Assembly (NCBI RefSeq): GCF_041662865.1 | Contig: NZ_JBAZRL010000005.1 | Coordinates: 61,351-125,350 of the forward strand | Origin: Pedobacter sp. | Lineage (GTDB): Bacteria; Bacteroidota; Bacteroidia; Sphingobacteriales; Sphingobacteriaceae | Length of the DNA stretch: 64,000 nucleotides | Direction of reading: 5' to 3' | Shown: positions 29,074 through 39,301 of the stretch, one piece after another | Numbering within the stretch: the first letter of the stretch is position 1 | Layout: each line of letters begins with the position of its first letter | Notes under the pieces: model-generated | The model's database searches: none | What the model was told of the DNA's origin: nothing | The model's input: only the letters and a program-made list of their open reading frames with translations | Position numbers and translations under genes: made by a program

Positions 29074-32000
29074 TTAAAAAGTAACGTTAACACCTAATCT
29101 ATATGTAGCCGATAACGGATATACCGTTGCATCAATACCAGCATTGGTAGGTGAGCCGCCAACTTCTGGAGTAAAGCCTTTATATCCAAACAAGGTTACA
29201 GGATTTTGTGCATCAACAAACACTTTAAGGCGTTGCATTTTCCATTTCTGAGTTAACATAGATGGTAAAGTGTATCCTAACTGAACATTTCTTAAACGAA
29301 TATAAGCGCCACTTTCTACATAGAATGAGTTAGGAGCAGAGTTTGCAGTAGATCCTACATTTGCAGACGGATAGGTAGTCGAAGTACCAGCACCATGCCA
29401 TCTGTTATCATAAAAATCTTTGCTGTAATTTTCATTACCAAAGCGATAAGCAATATTTGCATTGTAAATATCTACACCACCTACACCTTGAATATCTATT
29501 GTTAGATCAAAGTTCTTGTAACCAAAATTGGTATTGATACCGTAACTATATTTTGGATTTGGATTACCTAACGTTACACGGTCCTTTCCATCAATTGAGT
29601 TATCTCCATTTTGATCAACATATTTAAAATCACCTGGTTTTGCACCTGTTTGCGCTGATGCTGCAACTTCAGCTGCAGTTTGGAATATTCCAGCTACTTT
29701 ATAACCATAAAATTCACCAATTGCACCGCCTTGTACTGTACGTGTTGCTAAAGCACCGTTTGCAATACCAGCACCACCAGAATAAATCGGATTTTGACCT
29801 GTAACTACTGATAAAATTTTATTGTTGTTTACACCAATATTTGCACTAACTGAATAACTGAAACCACTTTCATTTTGATCTCTCCAATTCGCTAATACTT
29901 CAAAACCACGATTTTGAAAATCTGCTTGATTACCAATAATTGTTCCTGATCCTGTACCAATAGAGCTTAAAATTGGAATAGCGAAAATTGCTTGCTCTGT
30001 TTTCTTGTTATAATAACCAGCTTCAATACTTAGTTTATTGTCTAAAAATGATGCTTCTAAACCGATGTCTGTACCAACTGTACGTTCCCAATTTAAAAAC
30101 GAAGGTACCAATGAGTTTACGTTTGCACCTGTGTAAGCAACACCATTAAATATGGCTACAAAACCAGGACCTTGATTAATTAACAAAGTGGTTGGATTTA
30201 CCGGTACACCAGCATTACCTACTTTACCCCAAGATGCTTTTAGTTTTAAGCTATTAAACACCTTTTGGTCTTTCATGAAATTTTCGTTAGAAATAACCCA
30301 TCCAGCACCAACTGAAGGGAAGTAGCCCCAAAGATCTCCACCACCAAAAAACTGAGATGCCGCATCACCACGAAGTGTTGCGTTTAACAAATATTTATTT
30401 TGGAATGAATAATTTACTCTTCCAAAATAAGAAGAATACGTTTGCAAACTTCCACCATCGCCAACAGTTCTATCGGCGGCAGTTCCTAACGCTAAATATA
30501 AATCTCCCTCACTTGAATAGGGCACATTTAAAGCTGTAGAGTTAATAAAGTACGATTTTCTTCTCTGTGCTGTTTGACCAGCTAGAACAGTAAGGTTATG
30601 ATCACCAAAAGTATTTTTATACGTTAATGTATTTTCAATAATCCAATTTCTATTCTCGCCTCTGTTAACCGATAATTTACTTACGTTATTTTGTTGACCT
30701 TGAGTTGCTTTATAAACTGGATTGTAATTTCTAGTTTCTGCTTGACCAAAATCTCCACCTGCACTTGTTTTAAAAGTGAAATTTTTTGCAAATGTTAATT
30801 CTGCAAAAACGTTACCAGTTAAACGGTAGTTTTTAGATTTTTGATTGAAGAAATCAATTGTTACTTGCGGATTGAAATTATTACCACCACCTAAACTGAA
30901 ATCGTTCGCATCACCATAAGTGCCATCAGCATAATAAACAGGGACAACAGGGCCCGCAGCATATAATTGACGGAATATACCGCCATTAATATCATTTGAT
31001 GAACTAGCTGTACCGGCTACAGAATAACCAATTTTTAAAGGTTTGAATACTTGAAAATCATTTGAAAGTTTAGCGGTATAGCGTTGATAATCTTGAGTTT
31101 TCACAATACCATCTTCTTTAGTATAACCTAATGAAAAATTATATGATGTTTTTTCTGTACCACCATTTACTGATAATTGATGGTTAGTTTGTATCGCATT
31201 TCTAAATACTTGATTATACCAATTTGTTCCAACACCATAACTTGATGGATTTGAAAACAAGGCTGGTGCGCCATTTGAAGCAGATAGTTCATTGATAATG
31301 GTTGCATATTCTGTAGCATTTGCCATCTCAATTTGATTGGTTACAGCTTTGTAACCTACCGAACCATTATAGTTAATTGATGGTTGACCAGATTTCCCCT
31401 TTTTAGTGGAAATTAAAACAACACCATTAGCAGCTCTAATTCCATAAATTGATTGAGACGAAGCATCTTTTAAAATGCTTAAAGACTCAATATCATTCGG
31501 ATTTAAAAAACTAACCTCATCATACCAAACACCATCAACAACATAAAGTACACCGGTATTACCATAAATAGTACCAGTACCACGTATTGTTATTTGAGGA
31601 GAAGATCCTGGGCCGCCATTATTTACAATGTTCACACCAGCAACTTTTCCTTGAAGTGCACTTATTGGATTAATAGAAGATTGTTTAGAAATTTCTTCTC
31701 CTTTAATAGTAGCAACAGAACCAGTAACATCTATCTTTCTCTGTGTGCCATAACCTACAACAACTACTTGCTGTAAATCATTTGCAGAAGATTTAAAATT
31801 AACATCAATAGTGGTTCTATTGTTAATGGCAATCTCTTGAGTAACAAACCCTATATAGGTAAATACCAAGGTGCCGTTTGCAGGGGCACTAATAGAATAA
31901 TTTCCATTAGCATCTGTTTGTACTCCGTTAGTTGTTCCTTTTACTATAACATTTGCCGATGGTACAGTTACACCTGTCTCATCTTTTACCACACCCTTAA

Positions 32001-32097
32001 CTGTAACATTTTGGGCCCAAGCAACGTTTAATAGTAATAAACAAAAGAAGGTTAGAACAGAAAATTTTGTAAAGATTTTTTTCATACTGTTATGCAT
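29074..32097 (-). CDS. susC: SusC/RagA TonB-dependent transporter
   Basis: N-terminal CarboxypepD-like domain, VVVGYGTQRK, LKDASSQSIYG.RAANGVVLI plug, C-terminal GVNVTF; start may be MKK at 32085. Confidence 0.96.
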   Translation of the reverse strand: MHNSMKKIFTKFSVLTFFCLLLLNVAWAQNVTVKGVVKDETGVTVPSANVIVKGTTNGVQTDANGNYSISAPANGTLVFTYIGFVTQEIAINNRTTIDVNFKSSANDLQQVVVVGYGTQRKIDVTGSVATIKGEEISKQSSINPISALQGKVAGVNIVNNGGPGSSPQITIRGTGTIYGNTGVLYVVDGVWYDEVSFLNPNDIESLSILKDASSQSIYGIRAANGVVLISTKKGKSGQPSINYNGSVGYKAVTNQIEMANATEYATIINELSASNGAPALFSNPSSYGVGTNWYNQVFRNAIQTNHQLSVNGGTEKTSYNFSLGYTKEDGIVKTQDYQRYTAKLSNDFQVFKPLKIGYSVAGTASSSNDINGGIFRQLYAAGPVVPVYYADGTYGDANDFSLGGGNNFNPQVTIDFFNQKSKNYRLTGNVFAELTFAKNFTFKTSAGGDFGQAETRNYNPVYKATQGQQNNVSKLSVNRGENRNWIIENTLTYKNTFGDHNLTVLAGQTAQRRKSYFINSTALNVPYSSEGDLYLALGTAADRTVGDGGSLQTYSSYFGRVNYSFQNKYLLNATLRGDAASQFFGGGDLWGYFPSVGAGWVISNENFMKDQKVFNSLKLKASWGKVGNAGVPVNPTTLLINQGPGFVAIFNGVAYTGANVNSLVPSFLNWERTVGTDIGLEASFLDNKLSIEAGYYNKKTEQAIFAIPILSSIGTGSGTIIGNQADFQNRGFEVLANWRDQNESGFSYSVSANIGVNNNKILSVVTGQNPIYSGGAGIANGALATRTVQGGAIGEFYGYKVAGIFQTAAEVAASAQTGAKPGDFKYVDQNGDNSIDGKDRVTLGNPNPKYSYGINTNFGYKNFDLTIDIQGVGGVDIYNANIAYRFGNENYSKDFYDNRWHGAGTSTTYPSANVGSTANSAPNSFYVESGAYIRLRNVQLGYTLPSMLTQKWKMQRLKVFVDAQNPVTLFGYKGFTPEVGGSPTNAGIDATVYPLSATYRLGVNVTF

Positions 32098-32339
32098 ATT
32101 TGTTTAATTGATTAATCTAATTTTCTGTTTTAGTTTGATGTTTACAAGTAATCACACCTATACATTAATACATCACAGTACTAATGAGTAGTTTCTCATG
32201 GCCATAGATAAAACTGATTTTTAGACAAAAAACAACGTTTTTTTAATGTTAACAAGAAAATTACAGCTACTACAACGTAAAATCTGAGCGGGTAAGCTGA
32301 TGTGAAGAAAATTGAAGTATGAGAGGTAATGATGTAGTG

Positions 32340-35243
32340 CTAAAGTTCCATTAAAAACTCAACTAGGTTTTTATCATGAGGAACTTCTAATTTTTTACGC
32401 AAACGATAGCGTCGTATTTCTACACCCCTAAGTGATATGTTTAAGAGAGAAGCCATTTCTTTACTGCTCATATTCATATGCAAATAAGCACAAAGTTTTA
32501 AGTCGTTTGGAACAAGATCAGGGTGATTAGCTTTTAGTTTTTTAAAGAAACTTTCATGTGCTTCATTGAAACTGCTTTCAAATAAATTCCAATCTCGTTC
32601 ATCATTCATTCCATCATCAATTACTTTTTGAATTTTACGAAGTTGATCTTCAGAAAGCTTTTTGCCGTTTTCATCTTTCAGCTTATTCATCTCCTCACTC
32701 AACTTCTGTAGCAATTCATTTTTATATACTAAACTCATCGCAGAGTTTGCCAACTCTCTATTCTTGCCAGCAAGCTCAGCTTGTAGCTTTTCTGTCTGTA
32801 GTTTGATAATGTGTTTTTCTGTTGCTTCTGCTTCCTTTTTTAAGAATTCTTCCTTTTCAGTTTGCAGCTTTTGAGTAATAGCTTGCTGATCTTTACTTAA
32901 TTTGGCTTCATATATTCTTTTACCTGCTATAAGTGCAATAACGCCAATTAATGCATAGCATGCTAAAGCCCAATTACTGCCGTACCAAGGAGGTAAAACG
33001 CTGAATTCAAAAACAGTAACATCGCTTATGATTTCTTCATTTATTTTAGCTCGTACTTTAAATGTATAACTTCCTCTGGTCAGGTTGGTAAAATCTTTTT
33101 GCGTTGCCGAACTCCAATCAGACCATTGTCTAGAATATCCTTCTAGGTAATATTGAAATTTAATTTTTGACTGACGATAATACGGTAAGGAAAAAGAAAT
33201 GCGAATGTTGTTTCTACTAAATGGAATTTCTATGGCCTCTCCATTGTTTCCATTTTCAGTAAGGATAGAATACTTATCGGTAATATCTTCAATTTTCCTA
33301 ATTAGAACGGAAGGTAGTTTTAATTTTTCTTGTTTGTTTTCGGTATTGGTAGTGTTGTAAATTACAAAGCCATCATCAACACTAATAAGATAAATTTTAC
33401 TACTAATCTGACTTATGTTTTCATAATACTGAACCATTCTTCCATCTAGAATGCTAAATCTAGTTGAATCGATGAGTATTTTGCCAGGTTCGCTTAGATT
33501 AACCAAGCTCATTTTACCATGATTAATAAACCAATACTTTTTTAAACCAGCATTTATAATTTTGTTTGATGAATAAAAACTACCTAAATTTTTATTAAGC
33601 ACATCGTATTTACTAAAGTGATTGCTAATTTCATCATATACGAAAAAGCCAGAGTCCGAAGAAAAAAGAATTTTATTCTCTACATTAAAAATATTGATGT
33701 TAAAACTCCCTGGTAAGCCATTTTTTTCATCGTAATACTTAATGTTGGTTGCTCTTTTTAAATCTGCGCTTAACGTTAATTTATACAAACCTTTATAGGC
33801 ATGACTTATCCAAATATCCCCTTTTGTATCTTGTTCTACATATCTTGATGGTTCACCAAATCCAGTTACTTTATGACTGAATTTCCAATTTCCATTAGCA
33901 TCTTTTGCAAAAATGACCAGACCATTATACGTTCCTTGAATTAAGAAATTAGGATTTGAATTCAGTTTTTTAATCGTCCATCCACCACTAATAGATGATA
34001 TTCTTTCCATTCTATCACCAACAATATTGAAAGTTCCATCATTGTGACCACATATTAGCTGACCATCTATTTGACTAAGCTCCCAAACTTGTCCTTGCGA
34101 ATTAGGAATCAATTTAAAATCAAATGAATTAAATAAATTCCCGTTTTCTGGTAACCATGGACTAGCAAATAAACCTTGATTTGTACCTAGATATATTTTG
34201 TTTTTTACGATTAAACTAGAATAAACTGTACCAAACTGACCAGCTTTATCGAAATAAAAATAGAGAGGAGAATTTAATTCTATCCTATCGATTCCATTGT
34301 CTAAGCCTGCCCAAAGATTTTGTTCATTATCTGCATATAAACTTAATATGGTATTGTTTTGCAAACCACTGGATTTATTTATGCGTTGAACAACATTCCC
34401 ATCTTCATCGATAATGATTAAGCCATTTAAAATGGTTCCATAGGCATAATATTTATTTAAAATTTTTACGCCATTATTAAGTTGATAAGTTTTAAGAAAG
34501 GAATTTGCTGCGCTTAAAAGTGGGCTAATCTTTTGACCATCATAAACGAAAAGTCCGTTTTTACTAGTGCCGATAATAAAGCTATTGTTTTTGTAGGGAA
34601 GAATAGAAAGCACGCCTGTTTTTAAAAGAACTTCACTTCCAGCTATTGGAACTAAATTTTTCCCTTGTAACTCAAAAAGTCCTTTGCCCAAAACTTCTGC
34701 AAAAAGACGATTCCCTGCTTGATGTAAAAACAAGAATGCGCCAGGTGCTTTAATAACGTTTATCTTTTTATTTTCGTAGGTGTAAATAGTAGAGAACGAT
34801 TGAAAAATAATCTTTTTTCCAACCACATAAATCTTCCAAATTTCATCTGTTATTTTGTTTGGCTTTGGAATTAATTTAACTAATGAGGTATAACTAAGAT
34901 GTTTATTTTGATAAGACCAATAACCAAATTCGCCAAAACTTCCAGTATAAATCATCCCATTTGCATCGGTAGCTACCGCACGTACTATTTGGCGATTGGG
35001 CATTTTATATTGCTGCCAATATTTGCCATCGTAAGTAAGTAAACCTTCGGCATTGCCAAAATACATTATCCCATTTTTGTCTTTGGCTATCGACCAGTTT
35101 TGATTGCCGGATAGATAAGATGATTTAGGATAATTTTGGACATAAGGAACTCCAATACTTTGTATATCGCTAGCCAGAAGGGTAGTTGCATGGAGTAGAA
35201 ATGCTAAAAAGGCAAGAAGATAGTTAAAAGATTTAATTTTCAT
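32340..35243 (-). CDS. One-component transmembrane PUL regulator (periplasmic beta-propeller + Y_Y_Y, TM helix, coiled coil, LuxR-type HTH)
   Basis: Repeated propeller motifs, FQYYLEGY..WS.W Y_Y_Y domain, PPWY + TM, C-terminal MSSKEMASLLNIS.RGVE..RYRLRKKL; no kinase or receiver motif seen. Confidence 0.88.
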   Translation of the reverse strand: MKIKSFNYLLAFLAFLLHATTLLASDIQSIGVPYVQNYPKSSYLSGNQNWSIAKDKNGIMYFGNAEGLLTYDGKYWQQYKMPNRQIVRAVATDANGMIYTGSFGEFGYWSYQNKHLSYTSLVKLIPKPNKITDEIWKIYVVGKKIIFQSFSTIYTYENKKINVIKAPGAFLFLHQAGNRLFAEVLGKGLFELQGKNLVPIAGSEVLLKTGVLSILPYKNNSFIIGTSKNGLFVYDGQKISPLLSAANSFLKTYQLNNGVKILNKYYAYGTILNGLIIIDEDGNVVQRINKSSGLQNNTILSLYADNEQNLWAGLDNGIDRIELNSPLYFYFDKAGQFGTVYSSLIVKNKIYLGTNQGLFASPWLPENGNLFNSFDFKLIPNSQGQVWELSQIDGQLICGHNDGTFNIVGDRMERISSISGGWTIKKLNSNPNFLIQGTYNGLVIFAKDANGNWKFSHKVTGFGEPSRYVEQDTKGDIWISHAYKGLYKLTLSADLKRATNIKYYDEKNGLPGSFNINIFNVENKILFSSDSGFFVYDEISNHFSKYDVLNKNLGSFYSSNKIINAGLKKYWFINHGKMSLVNLSEPGKILIDSTRFSILDGRMVQYYENISQISSKIYLISVDDGFVIYNTTNTENKQEKLKLPSVLIRKIEDITDKYSILTENGNNGEAIEIPFSRNNIRISFSLPYYRQSKIKFQYYLEGYSRQWSDWSSATQKDFTNLTRGSYTFKVRAKINEEIISDVTVFEFSVLPPWYGSNWALACYALIGVIALIAGKRIYEAKLSKDQQAITQKLQTEKEEFLKKEAEATEKHIIKLQTEKLQAELAGKNRELANSAMSLVYKNELLQKLSEEMNKLKDENGKKLSEDQLRKIQKVIDDGMNDERDWNLFESSFNEAHESFFKKLKANHPDLVPNDLKLCAYLHMNMSSKEMASLLNISLRGVEIRRYRLRKKLEVPHDKNLVEFLMEL

Positions 35244-35311
35244 TTATAGCTAGTGCAATGCTAAGTTGTTGCAAAATAAATATTTAAACTGTATAAATGA
35301 TGATGGTGTTG

Positions 35312-35683
35312 TTATTTCTTAATGAATGCAAAGAAAACGGCAAGAATTATTAGCGCAAATGCTACCATGTGATTCCAAGCAATTTTCTCTGTTTTAAAAA
35401 ATAGAATGGAGAAAATAAGAAAGACACTAATTGAAATAGCTTCCTGAGTAATCTTTAATTGCATTAAACTAAAAGGGCCACCATTTTCCTTAAATCCTAA
35501 CTTGTTTGCGGGTACTTGAAAAATATATTCAAATAATGCAATTCCCCAGCTTATGGCAATAATGCTAATTAAACCTAAGCTCTTACTCCATTCCATGTCC
35601 TTAAACCTTAAATGCCCATACCAAGCCAAAGTCATAAAGGTGTTAGAGATGGTTAAGAATGCTATAGTTATAAGTGCTCTCAT
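35312..35683 (-). CDS. DUF486 / DMT-family small membrane protein
   Basis: SN.FMT.AWYGHL, ALFEY..QVPAN, QLKI.QE. Confidence 0.85.
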   Translation of the reverse strand: MRALITIAFLTISNTFMTLAWYGHLRFKDMEWSKSLGLISIIAISWGIALFEYIFQVPANKLGFKENGGPFSLMQLKITQEAISISVFLIFSILFFKTEKIAWNHMVAFALIILAVFFAFIKK

Positions 35684-36609
35684 GCTTTTGCAACTTGTTG
35701 AGGGACTTTTACATAATAACCAGTTCCATCATAAGTACGTTTGCGAGGGTGAGTAGTACATTCTACAGAGCAGCAGCCTTGCAATTCTTCACCACATTCA
35801 TCACATTGCGTAAAATGCTCATTGCATTCTGGATTTGCACAATTAATCATTTTTGGTGTGGTTTTGCCGCAATTATAACATTTAGAAACGATGGTTGGGT
35901 TAACAGAATTTACATCAACCGCTATGCGATTATCAAAAACATAACATTTGCCTTCAAAATCTTTTCCACCAGCTTCTTTTCCATATTTAATAATACCGCC
36001 ATGTAGTTGATATACGTCTGTAAAACCATGGTGCAATAGCAAAGCTGACGCTTTTTCGCATTTAATACCGCCAGTGCAATACGTCATTATCTTTTTGTCT
36101 TTGTACTTAGCTAATGCATCTATTTGATCTGGAAAATCACGGAAATTCTCAATATCTAGCGTTACAGCATTTTTAAATTTGCCTAAATTATGTTCATAAT
36201 TAGAACGAACATCCAAAACAACCACATCATCACGATCTAGCATTTCACTAAACTCAGCAGGTTCTAAATATTTTCCTGTTTTTTCGTTAGGGTTGATAAT
36301 ACTGGTATCACGTAAACCAGAATGTACAATTTCTGGTTTATACCTACAGTGCATTTTGATGAAAGAGGGTTCTGTAACCACATCAATTTTAAAATCTGTT
36401 TTAGCAAAGCGCTGATCAGCCTTTAAATGTGCCATGTAAGTTGAACAAGCTTCTTCAGTTCCAGAAACAGTTCCATTTAAACCTTCTTCGGCAACAATAA
36501 TACGGCCTACAAGGTTCAAAGATTTACAAAAAGCTAAATGATCTGCAGCAAATTGTTCTGCATTCGCTATTGGAGAATAGCAATAATAAAGTAAGGTGTT
36601 GTATATCAT
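35680..36609 (-). CDS. trhO: Oxygen-dependent tRNA uridine(34) hydroxylase (UPF0176 rhodanese)
   Basis: GRI.VA.EG.NGT, DVRSNYE, YCTGGIKCEKAS, L.GGI..Y, FDNR. Confidence 0.88.
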   Translation of the reverse strand: MIYNTLLYYCYSPIANAEQFAADHLAFCKSLNLVGRIIVAEEGLNGTVSGTEEACSTYMAHLKADQRFAKTDFKIDVVTEPSFIKMHCRYKPEIVHSGLRDTSIINPNEKTGKYLEPAEFSEMLDRDDVVVLDVRSNYEHNLGKFKNAVTLDIENFRDFPDQIDALAKYKDKKIMTYCTGGIKCEKASALLLHHGFTDVYQLHGGIIKYGKEAGGKDFEGKCYVFDNRIAVDVNSVNPTIVSKCYNCGKTTPKMINCANPECNEHFTQCDECGEELQGCCSVECTTHPRKRTYDGTGYYVKVPQQVAKA

Positions 36610-36647
36610 AATTCATTGATACCGCTGCAAACGGCGTTTAATGCTCG

Positions 36648-36655
36648 CAAAGATA
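36648..36655 (-). promoter_or_regulatory. -7 element upstream of trhO
   Basis: TATCTTTG on the minus strand. Confidence 0.6.
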
Positions 36656-36705
36656 AGAAATTAGTCAGGAAGACTGAAAGCCTAGAAGATTAAATTTTCG
36701 GCTAC

Positions 36706-39159
36706 TTAAAATCCATATGTTATCCTAAATCCTTGGTCAACCTTTTTATTCCCATCGTATGCATAGCCATAACTTGCGCCAAAACCTAAACGTTCGATGC
36801 CAAAATAAAACTCTTTGTAATTTCTTTTACCTGGTTGAGTTAAATAGTTTACACCTACAGTTTCCTCTAATTTTAACTTGCGTAACAAAGGGATTTTATT
36901 AAGCATAAAGCCAGCAAAGTTATGCTCAAAATGAATTTCTACATACTCACGACTTGTACTGTATTGATAAAAATCTAAAAATCTAAATTTCCTCAAATTA
37001 GGAGGGAATATGGTTGAGTTGTTTCCTCTAAAATGTTTCATGTCTGGATAAAAGACGGTGGTGTTATTTAAAAATTTACCAGCACCTACTACAAAAGACG
37101 AATAGCCCAATAAACCTGTACTAATACGATCTTGATAAACTTCTACACTTAATAAATCATAATCTACATCACTATTTAAAACACCCTTAAGTCCTTTTCT
37201 ATACCCTAATTGAAAACGAGGATATTTTGATTCTTGATAAAATTTTCCATCTGGTCTGGTTATATATTTTTGTCCAATAGTATATGTTAAACCAGCTGAT
37301 ATACTTACTGAAGTATAAGTTGGAAATAGTGGTGTTTCGGTGGTCGGTGTAAATGGATTATTGGATGTATATTCCTCGTCTTTAAGGTCTCGAAGTTTAT
37401 AAGTACTGGTGTTTTGTAAAGTATAGTTTTTACTATAATCTATACTTGCAGAAGCTTGTAAACCATCCGCCAATTCTCTGGTGCTGTTAATATTGGCGAA
37501 CTCCTTTTTATAAAATTTAGAAAGATTTCGTTCAAAAAGTAAGGTGTTAATAGAGTTTGAAAGCAAACTCATTGAGCCATATCGATTAAGATCTGAAATA
37601 TCACTACCAAAACTTGCACCTATACTCGCTCGTTTTAAAGGATCATAATAATAATTCCCACTTATGTTAGCTGTAAAAACATGATTGGAAAATCCATAAC
37701 GAGCTTCTGGCCTAATGCTATAACTTTTCCTATCCTCTAAATTTTTTCGAAATGTTATGCCATATTTTAATCCAAATCCTTCAACTGTATTGTAAAAAAC
37801 AGATCTAAGTAAAGGGTCAAAAGAGATGTATTTTTTCTCGTATCTTTTGTTAATGGTATATCCAGTTAATATCATTTTACCAATGCCAAACTCATTATTT
37901 TCTTTCTCTAAAGAGTCTAGGTAATGCTTAGATGTTTTACGCATGGCGATACTATCTTTCTTCTTATAATCGTACTTTTCTTCGTCCGTTAATGGAATTG
38001 GTCGAGCGTTCATCCAATACAATGAATCTTTTTTATTAACCGCTTTGGTTACTTTTAAAATTTCAGCTGTAAAATAATTTTTAGGGAAATTTGGGTGAAT
38101 ATTATAATCGCTGTAAATGCCTACATAATAGCCTTCAAATTTAAAACCAAGTACATTTCCATTAAATTGAAATTTAATATCTGAAGGCATGTATACGTTT
38201 TCAATCTTTATAAATTTTTGACTTATGTTTAACGTATCTACAAAATTAATACCTGCATCTTCTGTTAAAGTAAGATTTGTACCCATTAAGCGCCAACTAT
38301 CATCAGCTATATAAACAATGCCTCTAAAAACGGGGTCATTTGTACGACGAGGTGTTACTTCTATTTTGTTAATTGTAACGCCGTTTTCTTCTGTTGTGCC
38401 TAACAATTTGTATCTATAATAGAATAATGCATTATCTGCAATTGGCGAAACAAAACTTCTAGAGCTTAAACCAGTTCCTCCTAACAATAAGTTTTCGTAA
38501 AAATTGATAATTAAATCGGATGCTTTATTAAAACTGAAAGAGTTATTTCTGCCAGAGACTTTTGAAGAAACCATTTCTTCATGAATTTGGTTTGGGCGTT
38601 TAAAACCGAAAACAGATTGAGATTCTGATAAATATAAAATCCCTTTCCTATTGGTATCCAAATCGAGCGTTTTCTGAATATCTCTACCAAAAAACTTTTT
38701 TGGAGCACCTACTAATTTTTGCAATCCTTTAATATAGACATTGCTGCTATATTCATCGACTTCGTTTAAATGTATTTTTCTGTTTTTAATAGCTTGCCTA
38801 ATTATTTCATAAGCTGGGTCTTCGGCATTAGGCCTAATAATCACATTTTTAAGTGTATAGCTTTCTGATGCAAGTTTTTGATTTACTATTAAATCTGAAT
38901 TAAGAGTTACCGTGTGTTCTACCGTTTTAAATCCAATAGCCTTATATACAAGTGTATAACTGCCTTTGTCCAGTGTAAGTTTATAAACTCCATCTGCATT
39001 TGCAGAAACACCTTTAGCAGTATTCTTTACATAAATAGAAGCAAATGGAATAATTTCACCGTCGGTTTCTGTTACTTTCCCGCTAATCTGATATTGTTGA
39101 GCAAAAGAAATAGTATAAGAAGCTAACACTAAAATTAGCAAGAGGTTAAATTTATTCAT
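36706..39159 (-). CDS. DUF5686 / carboxypeptidase-regulatory-like domain outer-membrane protein
   Basis: Signal peptide, G.VTE.DGE.IPFASI N-domain, SPIA..A..YY.Y.L, C-terminal aromatic beta-strands ending TYGF. Confidence 0.8.
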   Translation of the reverse strand: MNKFNLLLILVLASYTISFAQQYQISGKVTETDGEIIPFASIYVKNTAKGVSANADGVYKLTLDKGSYTLVYKAIGFKTVEHTVTLNSDLIVNQKLASESYTLKNVIIRPNAEDPAYEIIRQAIKNRKIHLNEVDEYSSNVYIKGLQKLVGAPKKFFGRDIQKTLDLDTNRKGILYLSESQSVFGFKRPNQIHEEMVSSKVSGRNNSFSFNKASDLIINFYENLLLGGTGLSSRSFVSPIADNALFYYRYKLLGTTEENGVTINKIEVTPRRTNDPVFRGIVYIADDSWRLMGTNLTLTEDAGINFVDTLNISQKFIKIENVYMPSDIKFQFNGNVLGFKFEGYYVGIYSDYNIHPNFPKNYFTAEILKVTKAVNKKDSLYWMNARPIPLTDEEKYDYKKKDSIAMRKTSKHYLDSLEKENNEFGIGKMILTGYTINKRYEKKYISFDPLLRSVFYNTVEGFGLKYGITFRKNLEDRKSYSIRPEARYGFSNHVFTANISGNYYYDPLKRASIGASFGSDISDLNRYGSMSLLSNSINTLLFERNLSKFYKKEFANINSTRELADGLQASASIDYSKNYTLQNTSTYKLRDLKDEEYTSNNPFTPTTETPLFPTYTSVSISAGLTYTIGQKYITRPDGKFYQESKYPRFQLGYRKGLKGVLNSDVDYDLLSVEVYQDRISTGLLGYSSFVVGAGKFLNNTTVFYPDMKHFRGNNSTIFPPNLRKFRFLDFYQYSTSREYVEIHFEHNFAGFMLNKIPLLRKLKLEETVGVNYLTQPGKRNYKEFYFGIERLGFGASYGYAYDGNKKVDQGFRITYGF

Positions 39160-39301
39160 AAAAGATGATAAGCTATAAATATCGACTAAGTTCTAGAACT
39201 TAACACAAATAATATGTTAAAGTTTGTTAACGAGCAAAATATTATATTTTTGCAAAGGCGAATCGTTATTCCTACGATTGGTAGCACCAAAATTTAAAAT
39301 C

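Noticed and set aside
39224-39301. N-terminal extension of kbl, and similar track extensions for dacB (3922), ytxH (6867), tdh (16921) and pheS (41547)
   Set aside because: Most extensions use alternative start codons and several run through -7 promoter elements; downstream ATGs give family-typical N-termini
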